A stretch of 63,697 nucleotides of DNA, filler included, from Choristocarpus tenellus KU-1152 (GCA_964200185.2; 13 parts of 13 records of this genome joined end to end with filler, not necessarily neighbours in it), one strand, 5' to 3'. Positions 51,701 to 63,697 are shown, numbered from the whole stretch's first letter. The notes: generated by a model from the sequence alone, not told the origin. Numbers and translations: made by a program.

Positions 51701-53214
51701 TCAAATCCCCTGTTTTCTTCTGCTTTGAACACATACACAAAAGTTCGCAGTGATAGTATATTTCTTATGCAAATCTTCATCTATGGATATGTTTGAGTGG
51801 CACACCTTGCCTTGCATTTTAAAGTCATTTAGATGTTCTTGTCGCAGCCCTTGCACTGAAGATCCTATCGCAGAGCCTTTTCAACTCCTTGCTGATGTCA
51901 TCGCTGTTGAGTGTGTAACTTGCCTGAAAATTGTGAGTCTGGAATAGTAGTGTATTGTGCCCAAAACACAACATATGTGATAAAGTTCACATGAGCATTA
52001 TGACCTACTACAAGGTGTGAAGGCTTGCTTTGTGTCTAACAACATTTTGCTACTCTCGAATTTGATCAAATTTCTCAAAAAGTATACAGGCTGTCGTATA
52101 ATAGAAAGTTTGGTGTAAAGAAAGATTGTGTACAAAGCTTGGTAGAGAAACGTAGAAGTCACTTTGGACTCTGTTTCCAAGGGCTTGCTGGGGATACAAG
52201 ACGTGCTTGCAGAGAGGGAAAGAGAGAGAGAAGGAGGGATGTCTTAATTCCAAGGGAGGAGGAGCTTTTGTCAGGGCAGCTTTGTAATGTGCATGCTTCA
52301 ATTCTTCCACTTGAGTAGCACACAATTATGGGAGCTTATGGCACACACAATTCCTGGTTCAACACACAAAGATACTCTCAGGAGTAGAAATATGTTGAGG
52401 ATACATCTGCAGCCCCCATTTTCTACAAAAGGGGGTCAGGCGATCAGCAGATGTATGTACATGATGTTCCTATTTCCTTTCCACTCATTTTGAATGAAAA
52501 ACACCACCCCGTCAATGGATGCCCAACCATTTTCTCTAGCTGAACCAGATTATGAAACCCACACCCTCTTCAGTAGAGTCCTTGTCCTTCCATACACGAT
52601 ACTAAAACCAACCCCAATATCATGATATCAACATTCCTGACAAATGTCTGCAGTCCCCTCCTCCAACTGCTACTCCTTAAAACATATTTGTTCACCTCTT
52701 CACCTGTCAACCAGACCCCAAGCCCCCAACTCCTACTCTCTAGTCTCTAAACTACATCTCAACAATATTTCAGAGGGAGCTTGCAACAGCTGGCCTTGTG
52801 AAACTTTGGACAGATAGGGACGGCCATCTCAGATCCCACCTGCCACCCACCAGATTCAAGAAGTGGAAACTTGGGAGTCTGAAAATCGGCCAATGGCATG
52901 TGGCATCAGGGCTGAGATCAGTGGTAGGAAGTGGGATGAGACCAAGGTTGGGACAAGGACTGGGGCAGAGATGGAGGTGGGGGGGTGCAGTGGTCTGGCC
53001 AACTGAGATGAAGGGGGAGAGGCCAATGAGGGAAACACCAGGCCCTGGTCTTGAGGTAGGGTGGGGCGCTGGATCTGACTGTAGCATGTCTACACCATTG
53101 AGAGCTGAGGGTGAGAAGGATATGGAGGAGGAAGGAGAAAAACTTGATGGAGTGGAGATCGACCTGGATGTGGTTGATGATGTCACTTGTGATGAGGGAT
53201 TCGAACTTGGCGAG
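45719..53214 (+). CDS. Multi-exon EF-hand-containing protein, partial
   Basis: Exons 45719-46006, 46394-46494, 47648-47752, 48705-48902, 49772-49943, 50398-50589, 51124-51272, 51512-51650, 52774-53214 chain in phase with GT-AG. EF-hand-like EEELRNAFALFEADGAPGEVSRGEASYLL and IDFEDF. Confidence 0.75.
47854..48559 (+). mobile_element. Probable LTR (copia-type) relic in an intron
   Basis: Starts TGTTAAAAC, ends GTTTCAACA, and is followed by PBS-like GATAATGAGCC. The first ~105 bp recur at ~32144-32250 and the end TCAGGTTTCAACA recurs inverted at ~31618-31630. Confidence 0.5.
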
Positions 53215-53324
53215 GTCAGAATTTTATCCGTAGTTGCTATGTCATAAAAAGCATGATAAGAAGCATAGAGCATGAATGATACATAAGTGGAAAGATAGAT
53301 GTAGGTACCCTTGTCATCGCTCAA

Positions 53325-53698
53325 GACCTAAAGCATTTAAGAGGGAAGGAGTTTGCCCTGTTTGTCCGTTTGGGGCTTGACTTCCCACGGGTTTTTTATG
53401 CCCTTTTTCAGTTTTCTGTGTGAACACAGTTACCTAAAATGTGTATGACTATGAAAAGTGTGACCGGAGCAAGGATATTAAGACTTGCTAACAAATACGA
53501 TAGCCAAGATTACGTCAAAATCGCAACATTTGATTTGGACCCCAAACGGACACGGCCCTACCCTCTTAAACATGTTGGGTTGAAGCTTCGAGGATATTGA
53601 CACTTGCAAATAAACACGATAGGCAAAATTCACCAAAGTCGCAATATTGGATTTATGACTCGAAGAAGTGTGACCCTACCCTCTTAAATGCTTGGGTC
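53325..53698. mobile_element. Divergent MITE family A copy with duplicated right half
   Basis: GACCTAAAGCATTTAAGAGGG start. The segment AGGATATT..ACTTGC..A(C/T)AAA..CGATAG...CCCTACCCTCTTAAA occurs at ~53472-53570 and again at ~53590-53688. Confidence 0.8.
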
Positions 53699-55797
53699 TC
53701 AAGTGAAGGCTCCACAGATATCATTTTGATACTATAACCACTGTAGACCAGAAAAAAAGAGTCTGCTACTTCGAAAATCTGAACAGAGTCCTTCTTGAGG
53801 AGGGGTGTAGAGTATGGGTAAAGACTGAGGATACCATGATGCTACTACNNNNNNNNNNNNNNNNNNNNNNNNNNNNNNNNNNNNNNNNNNNNTTAATTAA
53901 TTAANNNNNNNNNNNNNNNNNNNNNNNNNNNNNNNNNNNNNNNNNNNNTGGTCTGTTCCCCTCAAAACTAGGCACGCCCCCCCGTTTGTGGAAATTCCAG
54001 CAAAAGGTGGGTTTTTTTAACCCCCCCCCCCCCCCCCCCCCCCTTCCTCTGTCCTATGCCTGTCCTCGTCCTACAAGAGCCAGTGGGTTTCCTTTGTTGA
54101 CCCCTCTAGTAATGGTGCTAAATATCCTAGAGTATCTCCGCATGAATGGGTTGTGTGTGTCCCATCCTGGCCTGCCCTCAAGTTAACATATCTAAAAAAA
54201 TTGTAGTGACTTTGCTTACGGGCTAGAGATTCCTGGCATCCAGATATTGAGGTTGGTGGATCAATCAGAATGGCGTTATAAGATATTCTTCCAATATCTA
54301 TACGTAATACGTAACAATAACGGTATATACCTGATACTTCATACCGTCCATTGCACTTGTTTTTGTTCGCAGTTAGTCATACCGTTCTATTGACTCCGTC
54401 AGTTCTGTAGGTACTGATTTGTTTTGTGGTGTTAACTCCTTGTGTTGTGGACCATGCCTTCATTGCAGCGATGTCTTGAGTCCCCTCCCCTGCCCCCCCT
54501 GCCCCCATACCTCCCATTGTCCTGAGTATTGAGTAAGAAGTATTCTGAGTATCCTAGACTGGGGTAGATCTGGGGTGTTTTGTTGTGGAGGGGTTTGTAA
54601 GTGAGATGATGCCTCACGTCCAATTTTTGTGTGCCAAATTCAAACTGAACCCTGACGTCAGGAGTCTGTGTAGAATAAAAGGAAAGAAAAGATCTTTGAG
54701 GTGGATGGATGTCTTGTTGTAGGATTTGATTGGAGGGTGTGCAGATGTGAAGATGCAAATCAGAAAAAAAGGACCCCTTGACCACAATGGCACCCCCTCC
54801 TCTAAGATGCCTTGAGTGTCTACATGGGTTAGGGTAAGGGTTCTGCTAGAGGTGTTGGTTTCTCACATATATACCCATACGTTGCAGTCTAGCAATGGTA
54901 GCCCTAACCCTAAGCAGCAGAAGGACCTGCGTTTTTTTTATATCCAATAATGTGGAACTCCTTGGTTCCTACAGTCCCAGGTACTGTGAGGGGTACAGAA
55001 AGTGTACCCGCTCTCTGCCCCCCCCCCCCCTCCCCTTTTCCTCACACTGTTGAAAAAACAAGCACAACCATATCATGTATATATATTATCATATAACACA
55101 CAAGGTGTGTCACAGTAGTTTGTGAGGGATGCACCCCCCTGCAAGATGAGCTTGAGTAGAAGTATAAGAGTGGTAGGTTATGTACACCATTTTGTACTTT
55201 TTTTTGCACAAGAAGCACTCTACTACTACTATTGTGGGAAAACATGGGGAGTTTTAAGAGTAAGAGGTGTCTGGTGAATGCCCTCTTGTGTTTGAAATTG
55301 TGTTATTAAGTACTGTGTAGTAGTAGCAGTTCATTACGTAAACTGGGGTGTTAAGGTTACCTTTTGCCAAACACTTGACTGCACTTTTGTGCCTGCCTGC
55401 CTGCCTGTGTTGTATAGATTGATTACAACAGTGTCCTCAGTGTGTCACCAGGCGTAGAAGCAAGGACTGCTAATAGGAAGAGCGTTAACTCTCTGACCAA
55501 GCTACACCCTGTGAGATGCTTTGCCTGCTGCTACCGAGGAGACTTGGTGTCTATTCGAAGGTGACATCCCTCCCTACCAATACAAACACCCTTCATGCAC
55601 GTGTACACAACCCTAACCCTACTAACCCAATACAGAGGAACAAATTTGAAGTTTGGGAGGGGGGGGGGGGGGGGGGGCCATTTTTTTAAAGGAACTTGGG
55701 GTGTGGGGCGCCCAACGGCCACGCCTTTACTAAAACAAAAAACAACCNNNNNNNNNNACAAAACCTACAACGAAAACAGAAAAAGAGGAAAAAGATG

Positions 55798-55828
<31 letters not shown>

Positions 55829-56215
55829 AGGCATTTTTGTATAGGAATGATGTGTGTAGAGCGACCAATGACCTACTACTATATAAAAATATAAAAACAC
55901 CCTTGGGTGTATGTACTCGTCTGTTTGGGTGCAGAGGAGGCGTGTCTTGTGAGTGTATGATATACTGAGGAATTTAGAGGAACAAACTCTTGGGTACTTT
56001 GTTGCGACGGATTTTTACTTTTATTGGGTTTTTGGTCTTAGAGTATCGAGGAGTGCTGTCTCAGCTAGGGTTAGGGTTAGGGTTGGGGAGGGACGTAGTT
56101 ACATTGTCATTTTATTTTTATTCAAGAGGTTCTGCAGCGCATGGCCCGATGATCTGTTGTTGTATATAAAAAATAATAATAATAAAAACGCCTGACATGA
56201 TCTTTTTTTTTACAG

Positions 56216-58478
56216 GTTTGTGGCAGAAGGAGGTAAGATTGACAGTCCTTACCTTGAGTCCTATGAGCGTCATTGGAATAAGGCCATGGGGGGAGATGAC
56301 TACAGCTGGGCTGAGCCTGGTCTGGGGACCACCCCACTCAATTATACTCTGGCATTCTGTGACATCATTGGTGCGTGCCGGTGACTTTGGGTTAGGGGGG
56401 GGAGGGCGTATAGTAGACTTACTTGGATCATCGAAAAAGGAAGGTTGAATAATGGTTGAGCTGTTCTCTGGATTGTGGGTTTTCTGAATGCCATCTCATT
56501 TTTTTGTGTTTTTAACTCATGTGTTTGGTTGGTAACTGCTACTTTTTTTTTATTGATGCTGAGGAGACCAAGGGTTAGGGATGAAATATTTGTGTTGTGG
56601 TTGTGAATTTGGGTTAAGGGTTTGTGTTTGAGCCTTGAAACTAGCCGCAGTAGTTTGTAAGTGGATGTCAATTTTAGAGTACGATAGTATTGTATTTGTC
56701 TGGGATTGATACACTGAAGGGCACAGGGGACCCGTCTTCAGGAACCCTCACTGTTGTACTTTTTTTTTTACTTCTCCGAACAAGGTTAGGGTTAGATTTT
56801 TTACAAGGGGTGTGAAAAAATGAAAAAAAAAATGTTGTTTCCCTGGTGCACACAGTACTCCTCCGCTAGTTCAAGAATGTTTCCTTGGCTGGTTAAGGAT
56901 ATTTTTTTGTAATTACACAATGGTTAGGGTTAAGGTTAGGTTTAGGTTTAGGTTTAAGTTTTTGAAAAATGCTTGCGAACAAAAAAAAAAATGTTCCAGT
57001 GGTGGTTCCCCAGGCAGGACAAGGGGGCTGTTCCCTGTGCACTGCAGTGATCCACTAGGTTGTTTTGACTGATGATGTGGTTTCAACCTGTCCCTTGTTC
57101 TCAATACTGATGATTGTGTGCGGTGACTATATTATTATTATATTATTATTATTATTATTATTATATTATTATTATATTATCACTGAAGCGACGTTGCGCG
57201 GGTGAAGTAGCTGGTGTGGTTTTCAATTAGAGGGCATGGTACAAAAGGTAACATTTTCACCAATAGAGAGGGTGGTATGGCGCATTGAGCGAATAGAATG
57301 TGAATAGGATGTGAATAGAATGTGAATAGAATGTGAATAGAATGTGAATAGAATGTGAATAGAATGTGAATAGAATGTGAATAGAATGTGAATAGAATGT
57401 GAATAGAATGTGAATAGGATGTGAATAGGATGCATTCATCCTGCCACCACACTTGTGATGCGCTGTCCCTTTTTCTGAAACGCATTGTTTTGATGTATGT
57501 GTTGTTCACTTTTTAGTAGTGGCTGCTATTGCGCTAGGGTTGATGATGCGTCAATAATGTCTGTATTGGTTGGAATGGTTCAGGTCTCCATAGTGCTGCT
57601 GAGGTGGTGTCAGTGCTGCTTGAGTTGGGAGCTGATGTGAACAGGGATGATGGGGATCCTGGTGTTAGGTACACTCCTTTGCACAGTGCTATTGCCAATG
57701 AGGTGAGATAGCATGCATACATACATAAAACACATAAATCGTCTATACTCCTGTCCTCTGAGGATATAGTACTGATATTACTAGGATGCGCTGTGTACGC
57801 TGTGTGGATCATATGCAACAACTTCACTTGTAGGTGGGTTTTGTCACAGTTGATACAACTATCCTCAGGTTTGCTTCATTTAGTACAAATTATCCTAGTT
57901 GTTTTTGAAGTATTGCTGTTATTTTTAGTGAAAGAGTTGATTACACAGCTGCTCAGGACGGAAGTGGATAGGTAGGTAGGTAGTACATTTTAAAGAGTTT
58001 TGTTTTGTACTATTGCGATATGTGCATGTTCCAGCAATGATGCATTTATACTCCAGAGCTTGAACTCTCCCCTTACCTTTTTTTACAATAATAATAATAA
58101 TAATAGCTAAAATATGTTTTTTATTTTAGTGCGATTGTACAAACGCCCATCCATTTATTTTTATTTCATTGAAGGCGCGGAGTACGTGATCTTAACTTGA
58201 TCTCAACCTCTTCCAAGAGGATTTTTACGTATGTGTTCATGTTCATGTTCATGTTCATGTTGTGTGTTTTTTTTCATGTCTCTTGGAACTCGGAACTACC
58301 CACCCTTTGCAGTCCCCCAGCCTGGTACGCATGGTGATCCAACAAGGGGCAGGGGTGAACAAGCCTAGAAAGGATGGACGTATCCCACTACACACTGCAA
58401 TGCGTCTGCCCGGTGGACAACACAAACTGTCCATCATGGGGATGCTGCTGGTGGTTGGGGCCTCAATTGATGCCCGAG
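56216..58478 (+). CDS. Ankyrin-repeat protein, partial
   Basis: Phase-consistent exons 56216-56370 (GTTPLNYTL), 57584-57702 (VVSVLLELGADVN...YTPLHSAI) and 58313-58478 (LVRMVIQQGAGVN..DGRIPLHTA..LLVVGASIDAR). Confidence 0.88.
56712..57049. mobile_element. MITE family C with internal telomere-like tracts, most complete copy
   Basis: Left CACTGAAGGGCACAGGGGAC pairs with right GTTCCCTGTGCACTGCAGTG. Internal GGTTAGGGTTAG (~56784) and GGTTAGGGTTAAGGTTAGGTTTAGGTTTAGG (~56922). Confidence 0.78.
57291..57432. repeat. Minisatellite (GAATAGAATGT)x~13
   Basis: 11-bp unit, nearly perfect; preceded by a (TAT)n tract at ~57128-57180. Confidence 0.95.
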
Positions 58479-58919
58479 GTATGTCGATGATTTATTTATT
58501 TTTTGTCCTTGGCTTCATTGCGGCAGAGGTACTGAGGTACTGAGGTACTGTTGCATTTGTAGTGCTGGATGGGGTGTCTTACTTTGAGGTGTGTGGAGGG
58601 AGGCCCATGGGTCCTTTGGTTCTTTGTTCATTTCGTGGAAGTTTGTGAAGGGGGAGGGGGGGGGGGGGGGGGGGGGGGGTTGGTTTGTTTTTTTTTGGGT
58701 GGGGGGGTGTTGGGGTGGGTTGTTGGTGTGGGGGGGGTGTGTGTTTTTGGCAATTATTNNNNNNNNNNNNNNNNNNNNNNNNNNNNNNNNNNNNNNNNNN
58801 NNTTAATTAATTAANNNNNNNNNNNNNNNNNNNNNNNNNNNNNNNNNNNNNNNNNNNNCAACCCCAACCCTCTCCCTACCCCCCCCCCCTCCCTGTGCCC
58901 TGCCCCTAGAGATGCCTAC

Positions 58920-61900
58920 CTCCTCAGCACCTCTCTGTTGTTCCTCTGCAAGATGTTTGAGCACCTCGGCCTTATCAATGTGAGCAGTGGCCTTGGACTG
59001 GACCTCTCTTCTAGCCTCTGCCTCCTGCTTGTCTGCAAGCTCCTTCTCTTGCGCCTTCACCTTAGCCAGTGCAACCTCCTGGACTAATCTGTCAGAACAA
59101 GAGTGACCAACGCCTTGAGATAAAAAAACGACTTAGAAATAACACAAAGATGAGGGTTAGGGAGCACTGCACAAAATGCAACGATATATCACAATAAAAT
59201 CAATCTCCACATCACACTGAGCCATGCCGATACATTCACCCTGAAGTCCTCCACTACCCCACTCACACATCTTGGCATCAACCAACTCAGCATCCGCATG
59301 GGTGTGTCAATACAGATGGGTTACAGACAAGGTGAGGGCAGAGAGGTCAGGGCTGACATATATTACCTTTGGAAGGGGAGAGTGGATACCTTAACAGACA
59401 CCAATCATAGCTGTTTGCAACATGACCAGCACCAATTCAACACCTCCACAAATGCGCTCAAGTCAAACCTTACCACAGAACACCCCCCCACTCATGAGGA
59501 GCATTCAAATTGAACACAACAACAACGCCTCCACAATGCCAAACAACCAGAAACAAATCACACCTTCACAAGTCCACCCAGCCCAGCGGCAAAAAATATA
59601 TATTCCCCTCCTCTCCCTCTCTAATCAGCCCCGCCCTTTCCCTCATTCCCCCAAATAACCCAAGCTTCAACAGCACTGACTCCGAACACTGGTATTATAC
59701 ACCCCAAGAAACAACTCTCCTGTCTTGCTCAGCCTTCCTCTGTCGATCTTCTTCTTGGGCGGCACTGGCCGCCTTGTCTTTTTTGAGACGTAACGCCTTT
59801 GATGCCTCATGCACCTCCGGTAGGTCCCTGATCAGATCCATGGTCGACAAGGAAGAGAAGAGCAAATTCTGCAGCACTGGATAATTACCTGCAAGAGATA
59901 AGAATAGCACAATCATGCAAAAGGTTGAATAGCGATGCAAATAGCCAGCCAGCCAAAGGTGCAGACATTTAAAAGATATTAAAAAAAGAAAAATATGCGC
60001 TTTGATCATATAGTCTTAAAAGATCCTACAAATTCTTCAAAGCAAATGCCAGTGATGCACTGAAGAGAGCACCAGTGGCAGGATAGACAATTAACAGGTA
60101 GAGCCAGCCATGAATCTACTGGCTGGATGTGTAGCAGGGGCAATCTGTTGATATATTTGACGTATCACATTGTGTGTTACATAGCTTCTTTGATCAATGT
60201 TCTATGGTTAGTGTTAGGTTCAGGATACCCTACCTGTACAATGTATAAATAACTGTGCACTCTGAAGTACTACTACCTCCGCGCCATAAGTCTGTCCCGC
60301 GTTGTCCATACCTCTTGAAGATGATGAAATTCATTTCTGAAAGAAAATTTGGAATCCTTGACGAAATTCTGGTTAGGGTAGACTCTTTTGTTAATATTAC
60401 TCCCCATCCATCACAATTTTATCAGCCACAGGAAAACCCGCCATGTCTACCTTCGGCATGTTTTCAAGCTCACCAGACACCTACCTCTTCCTTACCCCTG
60501 TGTGCTCCACACTGAAGCCATTCCCCCCTTTGTATCTGAGTAATTGATTGTACACCACAAAAAGGATCTGCCAAGTCCTCTCAAGTGTGGTTTCATCATA
60601 CTCCTCACACTGTTTCTTAATGACCTTCACCATCTCCTCAAAAGACCCAAACTTCTCCCCAATTACCCAGCATTTCAAAGACCTGTAGAAGCACAGGTCC
60701 ATGATATTGAGGTCAGGGGAGTTAGATGGCTGTGTCACAAGCCTAATCGACCACCCGTTAGTCTTCCCTGCCCCTGAAGAGATTTCTGAGTTGCCCTTGC
60801 CCATGTGGGGGCTGGCACCGTCTTGCTGAACAACAACGTGCTTCCCCTGCAACCAAGGTATCTTGGTCTTGATTGCAGCCAGTATCTCCTCCATGTATCA
60901 CTTCCTGTACCACAAATGGTCTAAAGTACAGCCCTGCTCATAAACACCCCCCTATTCATGGTTCTTGCTTGTCCTGTCTGCCGTTTTTGGCGCATACACA
61001 TGCCAAACAACAAGCTTCCCATCAAAGCTGTGAGCCAAATCTGGGCGGGTGTTGGCTGCAATGATCATGATTTGGAGGATATGACTCTTGTGCTGCACAG
61101 TAGGGGAACCTGGAAGGTCGATATCATCCTCGTGTGGAAATACCCTAACCCTTTCCACATCAGCCATCACGTAAAACCAGGTTTCAGTCACATGTGGATC
61201 GTGTTCACCATGGAGTTGTACACACCACATTTCCAGTATACTTGATTGCAACTGAAGTCCATTCTCCATACCTTTTGCCACAATTCAAGTTTGGATTTGA
61301 TCCAGCGGCGATTTGGCATGGCCCCCATATCATCCAACCACCTGTTTATGGTGCTCATACTATAATTCAGCCCCTTGGCAGCCATCTTCATTGTCACCTG
61401 ACACAATATGGATGACCAATTATCAGAGTTGATACTATTTTTTACAGCCATCTTGGTCGGTATGAGCTCCAAAGGCCTACCACTACGTGCCGCCGCCCCT
61501 GGGTTAAACGTGTGGCCACGGATGAGCTGATCAGACACATCCTCCCAGAGCCCTCGCATGTAACCCTCCGACACTCCAAACTCCGCTGTGAGGGCCAGCC
61601 CAATGTGTCGTGGCAGTTTATGCTCACCAGGGACCATCACGAGGGCATGCCATACTGCAAGCGCAACCCTGGCATTCAGTGACACTTGGGCAACCTTCCT
61701 ACGTAGGGGGGGTCAACGGGGGGGTTGCCATGCGGACATTCTGACCCTCGATGTGTCCAGTTCTGGCCTCAAAATCACTCCCAAAAAAACCCTACTCTGA
61801 CAGCTTGAAGCACCTCGAGTTTGTAGCTGATGATCCTCAATCCCTACCTTTTCTGAAAGCTGAGATTGTCAACCCGATTTCATTCTGTGGGGTTAGCGTC

Positions 61901-62921
61901 TGATTCGGCACTGCTCTCACTCGGCGAGCCCATGCGTTTCGCGGTACAAGCTTATGACACAAGAAGTAGTGCATAGAAATACATAGGTAATTCATGTGTA
62001 CAGTCACAAAGACCACACTGTGGGGTAAGCCTTTGTGTCTCGGGCTACACCTTATCCTTACGATCAGTCAGAGGAAACAAGACCACAAGTCACCAGCTGT
62101 AACACCTAATACACGCAAGCTGTAACATCTTATTCAGTACATAATATTTGTCAGTGAGGGTCAAAGAGGGATGTTTCAAAAAAAGTATAAACAAAGAGAT
62201 GAACACACTAATACAATACATCTGTATTTGTTGCTGTTGTTGTGAACACTTTGAAGGTGTACCTTTTCACTGTTGCAAAATCATTTTCCCAAGCGTATAG
62301 TTTGGAAAATCTGAGTCACATTTCCATCAGCAGGGTGCTAATTCAGTCTCCTACACACACCACAATAAACTATATATAATATAAAAAAAGAAATTAAACC
62401 AAGTTTTCTTCTCACCTGCTCTGTGAGCCGCCTTGATTTTGCTGAGGAGATCCTCAAGTTCCTCGTACTGCCTAGACAGGCGTATCAACTCCTCGTCATC
62501 CTGCCCAGATTCAAAACAAACGTGAACACGGTACTATTTACGATGCCATTGTTGTCACAAGCAGGCAGTTGGAAAAGTTCAAGTCAAATCAGCAGAAGAA
62601 TAAAACAACGTGCAAAACAAAAATCTGAAACCAACAAGCAAGCGAGCCAACACTATTCCAAAAGAGACATCACTGTTCTGTTCCAGTGAGTGGTGGAAAA
62701 AGTTGATGACAAAACCAGGGCCTTTAATGGGGCAGGGCAGTTAGCATGACTGCAGTTGAGGCTATGGCCACAGGTCAGCCTGCAGGAATATCTTACTGCC
62801 CTGGATCACCCTTGCCCCTTTGGAATTTCTGCCAGCCCTGGAGTGGTCGTGCTTCAAAATGATGCAACCAGGCCACAGGGTGATGTTCCTGGATAGTGCT
62901 GCTGATACACTGTAGACACCA
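58920..62921 (-). CDS. Coiled-coil-rich uncharacterised protein, partial multi-exon
   Basis: Exons ~62810-62921 (frame uncertain), 62416-62500 (DDEELIRLSRQYEELEDLLSKIKAAHRA), ~59700-59888 (GNYPVLQNLLF...EEDRQRKAE; donor uncertain) and 58920-59088 (LVQEVALAKVKAQEKELADKQEAE). Confidence 0.65.
60273..61969 (-). mobile_element. Full-length but decayed Tc1/mariner (Stowaway/DD39D-related) element in an intron
   Basis: TA|CTACCTCCGCGCCATAAG left end, degenerate inverse at ~61940-61969. Transposase is split over ORFs 61188-61685, 60952-61281 and 60481-60894, with RSGRP, ETWFY, QHKSHI, FDGKL, VQQDGASPH and QPSNSPDLNIMD. Confidence 0.9.
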
Positions 62922-63697
62922 CTGGTGGAGTAGATAATAGGATGTAGAGCCAGTGATGGATAAACCAAATGTATTGACTCACTGGTGTACTCACTGATTA
63001 GAGCTATGTTCTAGATAAGTTTAACTGAAGACATGTAAGCAAGTGATTCGTAGTAAGTTAATCAGAACAATTGCAAACCCCGCACTGTAGGAAGGGTAAT
63101 GGGTGCCACCAGTTGTACCCCCATGAGTTCAGTGAATGGAACTGAGACCATAAGCTCCTTGTAATATTAACCTTACACACCCACACCAACAAGCACAAGC
63201 ATTGTCCTCTACCAAGGCACGCAATTGATCATCTTAACCGCAGGTCCAGTGTCAAATACTTCAACACACTACAGCAAACCGATCATTCCTGCTATTTTGT
63301 GCTGAGTGACAAGGCAGGTATTGAGTTATAACAGTATATACTATACAGTCACCAGCACTACTAAGGTCACCCACCTCCCCACGTTAGCTGTATAGTAGGG
63401 GAGAGGATCTCTTTCATTTCGCAGTTCATGCTAAGGTCACCCTATCTGTTTATAGCTGCAACCTTGCGCTCCATGAACCCAACCAAATCTGCCGGAGCTC
63501 AATTTGAATGTAGAGTCAGGGCAGGCACCTGAGCCGGAAAATTCAACTACGACAAGTTCAACAGACAGTTAAGAAGTGCTCCAGCAGCCACGGTAACATT
63601 TGGAGAAGCTGTGACAGCTGCATCCCCCCACCCAACCTCCCCAATCATGGACACAGATGACAAAGACCAAGCGATCACACCCTTGCTACAGGGAGGG

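Noticed and set aside
57180-57509. ORFs with SHSIHILFTFY repeats
   Set aside because: Translation of an 11-bp minisatellite within an intron of the ankyrin gene.
58640-58758. Long poly-G and GT-rich tract as a G-quadruplex element
   Set aside because: Low-complexity sequence at a contig end, typical of read-quality decay after G homopolymers.

Overview
This window is not one locus. It is 13 short contigs joined by artificial 100-nt linkers (N44-TTAATTAATTAA-N44), so neighbourhood across linkers means nothing. The DNA is eukaryotic, intron-rich and dense in transposable elements (TEs). GT-AG introns, interstitial TTAGGG tracts, a MutS2 gene, a GH88 exon and the TE types suggest a stramenopile alga, possibly a brown alga or relative (inference). 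Host genes rebuilt by hand from splice sites: a mitochondrial carrier (5 exons), MutS2 (4 exons), an apparently complete 2-exon Hpt phosphotransfer protein, a 9-exon EF-hand protein, an ankyrin-repeat protein, a frameshifted GH88 last exon and several unassigned exons. Mobile DNA: a DIRS/Ngaro-like gag-pol remnant, a decayed intron-containing Sola/DUF7869-type transposase, a PIF/Harbinger transposase remnant, two Stowaway-type mariner remnants with 40-residue catalytic spacing, copia and LINE relics, and several MITE families. I see no CRISPR array, rRNA or convincing tRNA, and no clearly new multi-gene system. Best leads: (i) two sister MITE families with 3-bp TSDs and a shared end motif, one end of which abuts a Harbinger transposase remnant; (ii) several different inverted-repeat elements built around telomeric TTAGGG tracts; (iii) the stand-alone Hpt gene with an unusual HKRKG motif; (iv) the DD40D spacing. 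All family assignments come from motif recognition, not database searches.
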